From NCBI GenBank assembly GCA_965261395.1, contig OZ253462.1, positions 1,472,001 to 1,536,000 on the forward strand: 64,000 nucleotides of DNA, given 5' to 3'. How positions within the stretch are numbered: position 1 is the stretch's first letter; every line of letters begins with the position of its first letter. A program made the position numbers and the translations under genes. Under the pieces are notes generated by a model that was not told the DNA's origin, did not search any database, and saw only the letters and a list, made by a program, of their open reading frames with translations. This stretch comes from Candidatus Latescibacterota bacterium. Its GTDB lineage: Bacteria > Latescibacterota > UBA2968 > UBA8231. This document shows, in pieces, positions 48,480 to 59,319 of the stretch.

Positions 48480-49484
48480 TCAAGGGCGCGGCGTGCCCCG
48501 AACCTCGACCTGAGTCCCGTCCCGCACCGGCGTCGTCACCCGCAGCACGCCGGGCCGCACAACCTCCGCTGCCAGCTCCCGCCCGTCCACTACCACGCGG
48601 GGATCGCGGCACCAAGCCGCTGGCACGCTGGCCTCCAGCGTCAGACTGCGGTACGGCACCTGCTCGGGCAGCCCCGGAAGCTCGATGCGAAAGCGCTGCG
48701 TCTCAGCCCCGTCGCCCACGGCCTCAATCCGGGCGTGACGCCGCATCAGATGGTAGCTGAGCGCCTCTTCGGGCACCGCGCACCAGACCGCATCACCCCC
48801 CTCGGACAGCACCGTTTCAAAGCGCTGCCGTAGCTGGGCCTCGGAGCAGTCCTTGTTGGGATGCACGGCTGTTTCCAGCGGGCAGTGGCAATAGTCGATG
48901 AGCCAGCCCTGCACGGCTTGGGCCTGACGGATGTTGCGGTACGGGTCGTAGGCGCTGTAGAACGGCTCGTAGTAGTGGTCGTGCAGCGCCGTGCGGTTGA
49001 TCCAGAACAGCTCGTCCTCGGGCAGGTTGAGTGCGTCCGTTAGGCTCATGGCACCTAAGTAGCCGTAGTGGCGGCAGGCTTCGAGGACGTGATCGGCCAT
49101 GTTCGTGTTGTTGCCGGGCGAGCAGTAGAGGATTATCGGTTCGCCGAGGGCTTCCTCCAGCACTTGCTTGGCGTGGCCGATCTCCTGGTCCACCATTTCC
49201 GGCGTGATTACTTCGTGGGTCCACGAGTGGTTGCCCACGCCCCAGCCGCGAGCGAGCAGATCGCGCAACTCGCTCGCGTTCATGTGGCGGTAGCCGTTGT
49301 AGCTGGAGTTGCCGGCCTTGCGGATCTCGCCCATCTGGCCGACGAGCAGTTCGACGTGGCCGGGGATGCCGTACTCCTCGTGCATGGGGACGGCGAAGCG
49401 GTGGAGGTCGGCCAGGGCCTCGTCGTAGGTGATTGAGTAAACCCAGCGCTTGCCGTACTTCCACGGACAGATGCTCAAGCTCAT
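48480..49484 (-). CDS. Polysaccharide deacetylase (NodB-like) family protein
   Basis: SITYDE and GNHSWTH motifs. Confidence 0.8.
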   Translation of the reverse strand: MSLSICPWKYGKRWVYSITYDEALADLHRFAVPMHEEYGIPGHVELLVGQMGEIRKAGNSSYNGYRHMNASELRDLLARGWGVGNHSWTHEVITPEMVDQEIGHAKQVLEEALGEPIILYCSPGNNTNMADHVLEACRHYGYLGAMSLTDALNLPEDELFWINRTALHDHYYEPFYSAYDPYRNIRQAQAVQGWLIDYCHCPLETAVHPNKDCSEAQLRQRFETVLSEGGDAVWCAVPEEALSYHLMRRHARIEAVGDGAETQRFRIELPGLPEQVPYRSLTLEASVPAAWCRDPRVVVDGRELAAEVVRPGVLRVTTPVRDGTQVEVRGTPRP

Positions 49485-50257
49485 GGCTGCTCACCTCTCA
49501 TCTGATCGATGGCCTGTTGGAATTGCGCCAAGGTGCAGCCGAAGCCCAAGCTCCACTCGAAGATGTGGAGGGCGTAATTCGTCGATAACCGCTGGGGAAA
49601 CGACGCTGGTGTCTCCACTCCGACGGTCGCGTCGCGCATCACCACGCAGCGATAGCCGCGAGCCAGCATGGGCCGCGCTCCCCCCTCGGCGCCGAGCAGG
49701 CACATGTCGGCTGCGAACCCCATGTAGATGAGCGTATCCACGCCGCGGCTGCGCAGGTATTCGTCCAGCACGTCGGAGTAGAAAAAGAGAGGTTCGTCCC
49801 CAACCGGGGAGACGATTTCGGCGCGCCGCATCTGCGCCAGTGGCGAACGCTCCATGTAGCCGACGCCGTGGGCTCGTTCGAGCATCTCCTGTTGGTGTGG
49901 GTGCACAGATCCCGACTCTCCCGAGCGCCGCGACTCGATGTGGGGATACTGGTGGTCCATCCAGTCCGTCTCGACGTGGCAGACCGGCATCCCAATCGCA
50001 CGGGCCGCGTCCATGGCTGGGCGGATGACTTCGGCCATGATGCGCCCGGCCTCCTGCGTTGACTGGGGCCAACCCATGCCGACGCAGTAGTTGACGTCCA
50101 CGGGCGGGCCGTCGGGGCAGCCGATGTTCCAGCAGTGCATTCCTACTAGGGCGGTCTTGTCCACTGGCAGCGACAGGGTGACCTGTTCGTATCCAGGACG
50201 GTCAATCGGCAAGGCCCGGTAGTAACGGGCGGCGAGTTGTAGCGTGGCCTCTGTCAT
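49481..50257 (-). CDS. Isochorismatase/cysteine hydrolase family protein
   Basis: LIYMGFAADMCL and VMRDAT motifs. Confidence 0.75.
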   Translation of the reverse strand: MTEATLQLAARYYRALPIDRPGYEQVTLSLPVDKTALVGMHCWNIGCPDGPPVDVNYCVGMGWPQSTQEAGRIMAEVIRPAMDAARAIGMPVCHVETDWMDHQYPHIESRRSGESGSVHPHQQEMLERAHGVGYMERSPLAQMRRAEIVSPVGDEPLFFYSDVLDEYLRSRGVDTLIYMGFAADMCLLGAEGGARPMLARGYRCVVMRDATVGVETPASFPQRLSTNYALHIFEWSLGFGCTLAQFQQAIDQMRGEQP

Positions 50258-51522
50258 CGTCGGTACTCGTCGGCGACGCGGCGCACGATCGCGGCCACCT
50301 GCTCGCAGTGGTGAGGCTCGTACTTATCGCAGAAGGTGCTCCAGCGGATGAAGCGCTCCAGCAGTTCGTGCGCGTTCGGACAGCACGCTGCGTCGTAGCG
50401 GTAGGTGCGCGACGCCGGCGGCTGCGAGTACGGGAAGCGCTGTCGCTCGGCCGCCTCGGTGAGGTAGGGCAGGGCCGCTGGCAGCAGATAGTAGCGCGCT
50501 TGGCTCGCCCCTGGGATACCGGCGGCTGCTACCTGCGCGCCGAACTCCTCTGTGTCACACCGGAACTGCTCGGGATCGATGGTGAACCCCGCCATCCAGC
50601 AGGAGTACACCTCAGTCTCCGGTGGGATCGGCAATGCTGAGACGCCCGGGATTTCATTGAGGAGCGCGCTCAACAGACGGATCATGCGGTCGCGCTTCTC
50701 CACCTGCGGCTGGATGATCTCTAGCTGGGCCAAGCAGATCGCCGCGGTGGATTGGGTCATGCGATGGGCGAAGCCGTTGACCGTGTGCACGCGGCCGAAG
50801 TGCTCGACCATCTCTCCGCCGCGACTTTGGCCGACGAAGCGCGCCCGCTCGGCCAATTCGTCGTCGTTGGTGAGGATGCAGCCGCCCACGTCAGAGCCCA
50901 TGGTTTTCTCCGCGTCAAAGGAAAAGGCACCTGCCGTTGCCAAGGTGCCGGCGTAGCGGCCCTTGTAGCGGCCAAAGACCGCTTGGCAGGCGTCCTCATA
51001 GACGGCTAGGCCGTGGCGCGCGGCGACTTCGTTGATGGCGTCCATGTCGCAGATCAGGCCGGTCAGATGCACGACGAGAATCGCCCGCGTGCGTTCGGAA
51101 ATGCACGCCTCTATGGTCTCGGCGCTGACGTTGATGGTGCCGGGTGCGGCATCGGCGAACACGGGGATGTAGCCAGCGCTGATCAGGCCCTGCACGGTGC
51201 CGTAGTCGCTGACCGAGCTGACTACGATTTCGTCGCCGGGATCAAAGCCGAAGGCTGCGGCTAGTACGGCTAAGGCCGGCGTGCATCCCGGCGTGGCGAT
51301 GCAGTGTGCGACGCCGTGGGCCTCGGCGAAGGCTGCTTCAAACCGGCCCACCATATCGCATAAGAGTCCGGAATCGACGACCTCGGCTAGGTACTCCATG
51401 GCTCGCGGGCCGATCTCTCGGGGAAAGGGCTGCGGCAGCGGTCCCTCGAACTCCCGCTGAGATGCGGCCCCGTAGCGCGCGTGCTCGCGTCGTCGATGGA
51501 CGATAGCGGTATTGGATGTCAT
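50254..51522 (-). CDS. DegT/DnrJ/EryC1/StrS PLP aminotransferase
   Basis: EDACQA and FSFDAEKTMGSDVGG motifs. Confidence 0.9.
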   Translation of the reverse strand: MTSNTAIVHRRREHARYGAASQREFEGPLPQPFPREIGPRAMEYLAEVVDSGLLCDMVGRFEAAFAEAHGVAHCIATPGCTPALAVLAAAFGFDPGDEIVVSSVSDYGTVQGLISAGYIPVFADAAPGTINVSAETIEACISERTRAILVVHLTGLICDMDAINEVAARHGLAVYEDACQAVFGRYKGRYAGTLATAGAFSFDAEKTMGSDVGGCILTNDDELAERARFVGQSRGGEMVEHFGRVHTVNGFAHRMTQSTAAICLAQLEIIQPQVEKRDRMIRLLSALLNEIPGVSALPIPPETEVYSCWMAGFTIDPEQFRCDTEEFGAQVAAAGIPGASQARYYLLPAALPYLTEAAERQRFPYSQPPASRTYRYDAACCPNAHELLERFIRWSTFCDKYEPHHCEQVAAIVRRVADEYRR

Positions 51523-51583
51523 GGGCGGCTCCGGTTTGCGGAAAATAGGTTTGATGCAATATAGCAGGTATTAAGCTATAGAA

Positions 51584-52555
51584 CTACAGTGACGGAGCAA
51601 TGCGATTTAGCCAATCCCAACCCGCAATTTTCCGCAGCAACTCCATCCTTTTCGGGATGTGATAGTTCAATAGCAGTCGTCGCAGCACAGCTACTGTTAG
51701 AAACCACCGGAGGACGCTGTCTTCCCCAATGGGTTTAGGCTTGTCCGTTGACGCGATATACGTCTCGACAAATTGCTTGGCGAGGTCCAGCGATACTTCG
51801 GGGAAAAGACATTCCCGATCTCCGAACTGGAGTGACGCGAATGCCACATCGTAGAGCGAGTAGTCAATGACAGCCATGTCGAAGTCCCACACTGTGGCGA
51901 TCTTCGACTCCCATATCCGCAAGTTGGCAGGGCGATAGTCTTGGTGCGTGATTGACCGCATTCCCCATTCGTCGCATAGTGACTTCACAGCGGTGGCGTT
52001 GGATTGTATGAAGCGGAGTTGAGATCTGAGGAATGCTGCGTCATCCTCACTTAGCTCGTTCCATCGGAAAGCGCCAGCAATTTTTGCCGACGCTTCAGCC
52101 CATCGGGTCGAGGGTATGTAGTACCAACCCAAGTCCTCTCTTTCTGATTCGGCTCGGAGTTCATCCCCGTATCTGCGACCTGCCGAATGCAGCGCCGCTA
52201 GCGTCTGGGCTGCCTCAGTAATCAGATCACGGGAGTCCCACGGAGGGTGCTCGTCAGATGGCATGTAGGAGTTCAACACCCACCAGTCTTCCCCTCCCCA
52301 ATAGCAGTAATTTCCATCCAGTGTCTGAATCGGCAATGAAACTTGTCTAAAACCGTTGTACTTGAGGACTTCCATTAGCTGGAATTGATAGCTCTTTATC
52401 ATTCTGTCTGCTTGGAACAGAGAGCAGGATAGGACGAATTGCCCCTGAGACGATTCTATGAAGAAGTGATTGCTGAAATGCGCTCGCGATTCAACCAACC
52501 GCAAATCAGTGAGACCGTAGGCGGCGGTGGCGATGTCGTTCCAGCGGTTGTCCAT
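51584..52555 (-). CDS. Phosphotransferase (APH/homoserine kinase type II-like fold)
   Basis: LAALH, THQDYRPANL and WDFD motifs. Confidence 0.8.
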   Translation of the reverse strand: MDNRWNDIATAAYGLTDLRLVESRAHFSNHFFIESSQGQFVLSCSLFQADRMIKSYQFQLMEVLKYNGFRQVSLPIQTLDGNYCYWGGEDWWVLNSYMPSDEHPPWDSRDLITEAAQTLAALHSAGRRYGDELRAESEREDLGWYYIPSTRWAEASAKIAGAFRWNELSEDDAAFLRSQLRFIQSNATAVKSLCDEWGMRSITHQDYRPANLRIWESKIATVWDFDMAVIDYSLYDVAFASLQFGDRECLFPEVSLDLAKQFVETYIASTDKPKPIGEDSVLRWFLTVAVLRRLLLNYHIPKRMELLRKIAGWDWLNRIAPSL

Positions 52556-52576
52556 AGTGGACTCGGAGAGCGCTTA

Positions 52577-53504
52577 GAAGCGGTCTGAAAACTTTTTTTA
52601 TGCGAGTCGTTTGAGTAGCAAGTGGATCATGGCGATGTGAATCAAGGCCTCGCTATGGCGTGGCAACACTTCATAATCTCTCGCATGACGGCGAAAGTTC
52701 ATCAACCACGCAAAGGTTCGTTCCACCACCCAACGACGTTTGAGCGGTGTAAATCCAGTCCCTTGTTTGGCGACGACTTCCAAGTCGATCTTATGCGTCT
52801 TTTTTAAGTCCGCTACCCAAGCTTTGAGGTCGGCCCCCGAATAGCCGCCATCAACCCACAGCTTGCGCAGCCTAGGCACACCGGGAGCCGCGTAGCGTGT
52901 CAACACGCGCTTCAGGCCGTCCCGATCGCCCACCTCGGCGGCGGTGACTTCCACCTGTCGGATCAACCCCAAGGTATCCACCAACCGATGACGCTTGCGT
53001 CCTTTGATCTTTTTGCCCGCGTCATAACCGATTGTTTCCCCTTAGGTTGCCGTCTTAATGGTCTGGCTATCGACGCAGCCGGCCGACGGGGTGGGTTGGC
53101 GGCCTTGCCGGCGGCGTTCCCGTTGGGTGAGTCGATCCAATATCGGCGGCCAGACCCCGTTTAGGCTCCAGCGACGAAAGTAGTCATACACGGTTTTCCA
53201 CGGCCCAAAACTCGGCGGCAACAAAGCCCAGGGACCGCCGGTTTTGGTCCGATACAAAAGGCCATTGATGATCTGGCGTGGATCCCGCCGTGGGCGGCCC
53301 GGCCCGCCGGGATGCCAGATGGGGGCGGGCAGTAATGGCTCGATCAGACGCCATTGCGCATCGGTTATATCGGTGGCATATTCGTCCGTCGGCGTACTCA
53401 TCATAGGGCCTTTCTGTTCAGATTTTGTGGTGAAACCTGAATATGGCCCGATGAGTACGCCGCTTCAAGCGCTCGATCCAGTATGAGAGTTTTCAGACTG
53501 CTGC
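52577..53504 (-). mobile_element. IS5-family (IS1031-type) element with inactivated transposase
   Basis: Imperfect IRs gaagcggtctgaaaac / gcagcagtctgaaaac; related to the copy at 24677; flanks TTA and TAA do not match. Confidence 0.88.
52598..53404 (-). pseudogene. IS5 transposase with in-frame TAA at 53044-53042
   Basis: KTAT-stop-GETIGYDAGKKIKGRKRH is collinear with the intact copy. Confidence 0.88.
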
Positions 53505-54035
53505 TAAGACGTGATAGACAGCATTTGTGCGGAGAGTTTCATGCGTCTTTTGTAACGTTTTTTTGAATATAATACCTTCTTCATAAGGTTCAGTCGTTGT
53601 TCCTTTTGCCTGATCAATCTCCTCTTCTAAGCCCTGTTCGCGGGATTTCAACTCTCGTTGTAATTCATTTTTCAGATCGTTTTTGATCCGCGTAATCCAA
53701 TCCTCATAAGCCGCTTGGATGTCCTTCGCGGCATTGTGGAGAGACTTGGTCAAGTCTTCACGTAGTTGCTTAAACTGTTCGATTTCCACGCGCTCAATTT
53801 GGTGCTGTCTCGTGTTGACAAATACCAGCAGACCATCTTTCAACGCCTGAAGAGCTTGACCTTTTGCCTGGATATAATCCCTCGTCCTTTCTTGGATGAT
53901 CTCGTCTTTTTTCACCCGTACTCCCTCGACAACATTCCGCACGGCTCCTATGCTGGACAGCTTGTCCAAATTGATGTCCGACAAGTCCGCGTCCACAGCA
54001 GAAAAATAATCCGGATACATCTCCAGCAAATTGTC

Positions 54036-55141
54036 CGCGGATTCAACTCGTAAGCGCAATTTCGCCATGTTTGGGTTGAACTTCTGTTTCCTTGCATAAG
54101 ATTTCATGCGGCGTTTGAAATGCCAAGCCCTTTCGCGGTCGATGATTGAGCCGCTCCATGATGTGGTGTACCTGCGCCTGGGACAGCGTATCCAAGGCCG
54201 TCCCTTTGGGCACATACTGGCGAATCAGCCCGTTGGTGTTCTCGTTGAGTCCGCGCTCCCAGGCATGGTAGGGATGGGCAAAATACACAGCCGCGTCCAA
54301 CGCTTGGCTGATCGTGGCATGGTGGGCAAACTCCTTGCCGTTATCGGCCGTAATCGTCTGGGTATGCCCCTTATGGGCAGCGAGCAACGCAATGGTGGCC
54401 GCCGCTACGTGCTCGGCCTGTTTGGAGGGGACTTTGCCCAGCACGGTATAGCGCGAGCGACGTTCCACCACCGAGACGAGCGCCCCGGTGCGTGCACGTC
54501 CCATCACCAAGTCGATTTCCCAATCGCCGATGCGACTTTTTTCCTCCACGATGGCCGGTCGCTGGTCCATGCTGATGCGGCCTTTAATCTGCCCTCGGGC
54601 ATCGGCTTTTCCATAACGTTTCTTGCGTTTCTTCTGACTGTGGCGCAGATGGCGATACAACATCCCGCCCGCCTGGCGATCCGCCTGGATGTGCTGGTAG
54701 ATACGCTGCGGACTCAATCGAAACCCGTCGGTCGTCGCCAGCCGACCCGCAATCTGCTCTGGACTCCACTGCTGACCCAGGCCCGCTTCGATGCGCTCGA
54801 TGACCGCCGCCGTCATCTTGGTCGCCTTCGCCTTGTGGCGACGACGCGCCAACGCTTTGTGATGGGCTTGGCCGGGACGATAGCCGCGTTGCCCTTGATT
54901 GCGCCGCAACTCCCGACAAATCGTCGAGGGCGATACCGCCACCGTCGCCGCGATGGACTGCTGATCATGCCCGGCTTTCTTCAGGGCGTAAATTTGGTAT
55001 CTTTGATGCTCGGTCAACTGGTGATACGTTCCCATAAGCGCCTCCGTCGGGAGCTGCGTTTGAAATGGCCAGGGAAAATATACCAGTTGGCCTTTTCTAT
55101 GCCAGCTACCCAAGCGATTGCACTTACAAGTTGAATTCAAG
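54036..55141 (-). mobile_element. IS30-family insertion sequence
   Basis: Imperfect IRs (cgcggattcaactcgtaagcgcaat / cttgaattcaacttgtaagtgcaat); GTC duplication at 54033-54035 and 55142-55144. Confidence 0.9.
54043..55035 (-). CDS. IS30-family transposase
   Basis: STICRELRRN, WSPEQIAG, GDWEID, DNGKEF, WERGLNENTNGLIRQY and NHRPRK motifs. Confidence 0.96.
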   Translation of the reverse strand: MGTYHQLTEHQRYQIYALKKAGHDQQSIAATVAVSPSTICRELRRNQGQRGYRPGQAHHKALARRRHKAKATKMTAAVIERIEAGLGQQWSPEQIAGRLATTDGFRLSPQRIYQHIQADRQAGGMLYRHLRHSQKKRKKRYGKADARGQIKGRISMDQRPAIVEEKSRIGDWEIDLVMGRARTGALVSVVERRSRYTVLGKVPSKQAEHVAAATIALLAAHKGHTQTITADNGKEFAHHATISQALDAAVYFAHPYHAWERGLNENTNGLIRQYVPKGTALDTLSQAQVHHIMERLNHRPRKGLAFQTPHEILCKETEVQPKHGEIALTS

Positions 55142-56508
55142 GTCCCAAGCATGTCGCATGTCCTTGTCCCACTCGTCTTGCGATCCGAAGCGTTGTTTCA
55201 GGCTTTCGCACATGCCCGAGGAGACAATGACACTTCCCTTACCTGCGAGTAATGAATCATAACTGTTCCTCACTTCGGGGTTACTCTCTTTCAGGTCCGC
55301 GATAACCTTTTTCAATTGATTACCAAGAATCTCAGATAGACGGTCCAATACGCGATCGAGTTGTCCATCATTATCGGCCTTCAGACTGCCGTAAAGTTGG
55401 GTGTCGGCCTGAGCCGCTACGACGCGCAGTTCGCGGACGCCCTCCTTGCTGGTAATCCGATCCATCAAGTTTAGATCTTCAGTCGTCATAAACTGACCCG
55501 CAGGGCTGACGATCAATACCACATCGCACTGACTCAGATGCTCGCGGGTGCGCTCCTCTCGAGACTGCACTGGATCGTTAATGCCCGGCGTGTCCACAAT
55601 CTCTATGTCCTTCAGACTTTCTTGCGGAAGCCGGATATTGACGCTCTTGGTAAACGGCATATACCGGCCCTCCACGCCGACATAATCATCCAACTGACCG
55701 CGCAAATATGCAAGGCTTGCAAACTTCAAGGTCTCTTTCCCGGAGTTCCTATTGGACCATCCGGCCTTTTGCATTTTCGCGTACTGATCATGCGCGGCTG
55801 AGAGCTCGGTTTTCTCTCGCATTTCCCTATCGGCCTTGCTCTGTGCCCGTTCCTCTGGTGTTCGAGACGCGGTGCTAGGCCGAGACGTCCGACGCTTCAC
55901 TTCGCCCAAATATGTCTCGTATAGTCTCTCCCACTCGGTCTCGTATTCCCTGTTCTTGGCTTCGATGTTAGCGAAATCTTCATCGCTAAAAAATTCCACT
56001 TCTGCCGCCAGCGTTTCCCCATGAGACAGAGTCGTCAAGGCCGCCGTCATAGGCGTCGCGGCCTTGGGCAAAAGGCTTTGCCCTTGAAAAAGAAGCGCGT
56101 TCAGCAGCGAGGATTTCCCGGCCTTGACCCGCCCCACAATGCCGATTCTGAGCAGCCGGTTTTTCTCGGCAATAGACGCCAAATCCGCCTGCAATTTTTT
56201 CGCTGGCTCAATGCCGTACTCGCGACACAGTTTGACCGCTTCATCACCGAGAAAATCATTGTACTTACTGATGACCTCATCTAGCTTTTCCCGCGCTGAG
56301 ATGATGCCGTGATCTTTCATTTCCTGTTCCTTCCTTTTATCGGGTAGTGTCTGAGAAGTCGTAGCGTTGTCACTCCTGCGAAGCCTGTTTCTGCGAAAGA
56401 AAGCAGGAAGCAGGAATCCAATCCAGCGCGTCAGCCTAGGGAGCGGGATCAGACGTGGAAGCAAAGGCGGCTTAGATAGGTGAGCAAGGCATACCTTTCA
56501 GACACCAC

Positions 56509-58247
56509 CTAGGGAAAGATCGCTCGGTTTGCCAGCGAGCGGATGCGATCCCGAATGCCGGTCAGTTCGGCAATGGTCTGTTCAATACCCTGCAACTCGT
56601 TCTTCTTGGCCTGCTCGGCGGCAGCGATTTCGTCTTGTTTGGTTTTGATCTGCTCATCAATCAACGCCGCCGCCTCGTTGATCAGCGTATTCACCTGCTC
56701 AGCAAAAGAATCGCCAAGCTCGCTACGCAGTTTGGTTTTGAACGACGGAATAGCCGTTCCGATTAATTGCTCGTGAATTTGTGTCTTTTGCTGTTGCTTG
56801 CGGAAATAGCCGATAATGTCGGGGAGAAAGACAATTACGAGTTCCACAAGTGGCGCTACGAAGCCGGTCGTAATGGCTAGCGCGGTGGTAGCAACCCGAT
56901 ATAAGTTGCGATTACGGAGTGCTCCGGATACGCCCTGTGCTTCAATCGTCCTCTTCAAGCCCACCGCCACAGAGCTTGTCGCCGAACGAAGTGCTTCCCC
57001 AGTTTTGTGCCCGACGTCATCTGAGTCCCAGTTCTCCCCAGCCCTTATATATGAGGCGAGAATCGGCTCAACACCTTCGAGGCTGCTCGACAAGTCTCGC
57101 ACGATTTCTTCGTTTAGCTGATCCAGTTCGGTTTTTACGTGGCGTACGAGTGAGGCGCGGACTATTTCCGTCCAGTATCGTTGCAGCGCATCCTCGCCAC
57201 CGTTCACGGCGACATTGGTCAATTCGTCAACCGCGTTGTTCAGGTCGGTTCCCACGCCATTCACAATGCTATCGACGCGGCGCGTGGAGTACCTCGCACG
57301 AACATCCTCGACCATCTCGTTCTTCTTACGCTCCAATTCCCGCAGGCCGACGGCGAGTTCGTCAATAGCTTCCTGATTGTCGCTCTCGTCCTTTTGCAAT
57401 GCACTGATACGCGTATTCAAGCCTCCGTCTAAATCAAAAAAGTGCTCCTCTAAGCGGGGTTTCCAACGCCGGTCGAAAAGCACTTCGGGATCAATCGCCT
57501 TGAGCATCTTTGCGAGGCTCTCGCCACCCTCTAGGTCAACCACAACGACCTCATCGCCAAAATCAAAATCATCGCTGAGTTGCTCCTTAATATTCTGAGC
57601 AATGGCGACCACATCGGACTCCGAACGCAGATTCGCCTTGCTCAAGAAAACGGAAAATGCCTTGTCGAACTCGTGGAACTCCGACAACTGCCGCTGAATG
57701 GAGCGGGTAACAGTGCCCTCCTCCACGCTGATCAAAACCGCATAGTGACTCCCTCTATCGAGATAGGTCAAAACAGCTCGCTGATGGGCATCCAACGGCG
57801 AATCAAACCCTGGCATATCTACCAAAACAAGGGGCGCAATCTCGCGTAGCGGCTCGCTGTTGAGAAAGACCTCTAGGTACGTGTATTGCCGCGCTTTCTC
57901 CTTGATCGAGCCTATATCCCCGATGTCAAAACTATCCGCCTCTCCATCGGCCTTGATCGCCTCAATGTAATCGCTCGTAGAATGGCGCAATTCGGTGGCC
58001 AACGCCGTTTCCGGCGTGATGTTCACCGGTAGAAGCTCGGAATGCAAAAAGGAATTGATCAACGTGCTCTTGCCCGCGCTGAAAGCCCCCACCACCGGCA
58101 CCATCAGCTCGGCCCCGATAATGTCCTGCTTTAACTCCCCTAGCGATTGTACGCTTTTTTGATGTCCTCAAACGCATAACCGGCCTTTTCCAACTCGGCG
58201 TTCACCGCATCTAGATACTCGACAAACTGCTGTTGATTCTGAAGCAT
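56509..58247 (-). pseudogene. Dynamin-like GTPase (LeoC/CrfC-like) with a frameshift near the 5' end
   Basis: VVGAFSAGKS, ITPETA and DMPG motifs; RBS + ATG at 58247 is one base out of frame across an A6 run at 58155-58160. Confidence 0.8.
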
Positions 58248-58338
58248 ATTCGCGCTCTCCTCAGCGCTATTGTTGCATATTTTTTTGGATTTAAGCGCAC
58301 CGACTATACCTATTGCTTACCAACACGTCAACAGCTAT

Positions 58339-59319
58339 CTACCCCTCCCGCTGTCGTCGGCGGTCAACCCACGAATGCAGGGCCATCATTGCCAAGATGA
58401 TCGCGCCGATGAAAATGTTGTACGCCAGTCCGGGCACGCCAATGAGCACAATGCCGTTGCGCATCAAGCGCAAGATGAACACGCCGAGCACCGTGCCGAT
58501 GATAGTGCCGCGCCCGCCCGTCAGGGCCGTCCCCCCAATCACGACCATAGCGATGACCTCCAGCTCGTAGCCCGTGCCGCTGTTGGGATTGGCCGCGGCC
58601 GTGCGAATGGAGCTGATGATGCCGGCGAAACCCGCCATGACGGCTGAGAGGACAAACAGCTTGACCTTGGTGCGTTCTACGGCCACCCCGCGGGCGCGTG
58701 CAGCTTCGGTATTGCCGCCTGCGGCTTGGAGCCAGTTTCCCATCTTGGTCTGCGTCAGCAGATAGCCGAGCAACAGCGCAGCCGCCACAAACCAAAATAG
58801 CGACATGTACAAGCGCAGGCCGCCCACGTTGAAATCCCCGACCAGTAGCTCGGCGAGGAAGAGATCCTCGGCGTCCCAAGTCCGCTGCGGGAACCCTCTG
58901 GTCGCCACCAACGCACTGCCCCGCACGACCAGCAACATGCCGAGCGTCACCAAGAACGAGGGAATCCGCAAGCGCGTGACGAACAAGCCGCTGCACAGGC
59001 CGATAGCCGCCGCCGTGCCTAAGGCGAGGACAAAGCCGACCTCAATGGACGTGGCCTCGGTGTTGTACAGGGTCCACATGAGCACCGGACAGAACCCGAA
59101 CAACGAGCCGACCGAAAGGTCGAATTCGCCGGCCGTCATCAGCAGAGTCATGGCCAGCGCAATCAGCCCTAGCTCCACTGTGAAGGCCAGCATGTTGCCG
59201 ATGTTGCGCACTGATAGAAACGCCGGATTGATCTGCCAGAAGACGAAAATCATGGCGACCAGCAGAACGAACGGGCCGAATTCCGGCCTCGACATCATGC
59301 GCTGTACAACCGCGTTCAT
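58339..59319 (-). CDS. Sugar ABC transporter permease (RbsC-like)
   Basis: GEFDLSVG, IPSFLVTLG and ELEVIAMVVIGGT motifs. Confidence 0.93.
   Translation of the reverse strand: MNAVVQRMMSRPEFGPFVLLVAMIFVFWQINPAFLSVRNIGNMLAFTVELGLIALAMTLLMTAGEFDLSVGSLFGFCPVLMWTLYNTEATSIEVGFVLALGTAAAIGLCSGLFVTRLRIPSFLVTLGMLLVVRGSALVATRGFPQRTWDAEDLFLAELLVGDFNVGGLRLYMSLFWFVAAALLLGYLLTQTKMGNWLQAAGGNTEAARARGVAVERTKVKLFVLSAVMAGFAGIISSIRTAAANPNSGTGYELEVIAMVVIGGTALTGGRGTIIGTVLGVFILRLMRNGIVLIGVPGLAYNIFIGAIILAMMALHSWVDRRRQREG

Larger units (their letters stand above)
53505..56320 (-). pseudogene. Dynamin-like GTPase (LeoA-like), split by IS30 and truncated at the IS5 end
   Basis: GIVGRVKAGKSS, TPMTA and DTPG motifs; removing IS30 restores ...RHAWDNLLEMYPDYF in frame. 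Confidence 0.85.

Noticed and set aside
51584-52555. Aminoglycoside resistance gene (likewise the GNATs)
   Set aside because: Only fold-level motifs are visible; the substrate cannot be inferred
53042-53044. Programmed frameshift in the IS5 transposase
   Set aside because: Both ORFs are in the same frame, separated by a TAA; the related copy is a single ORF
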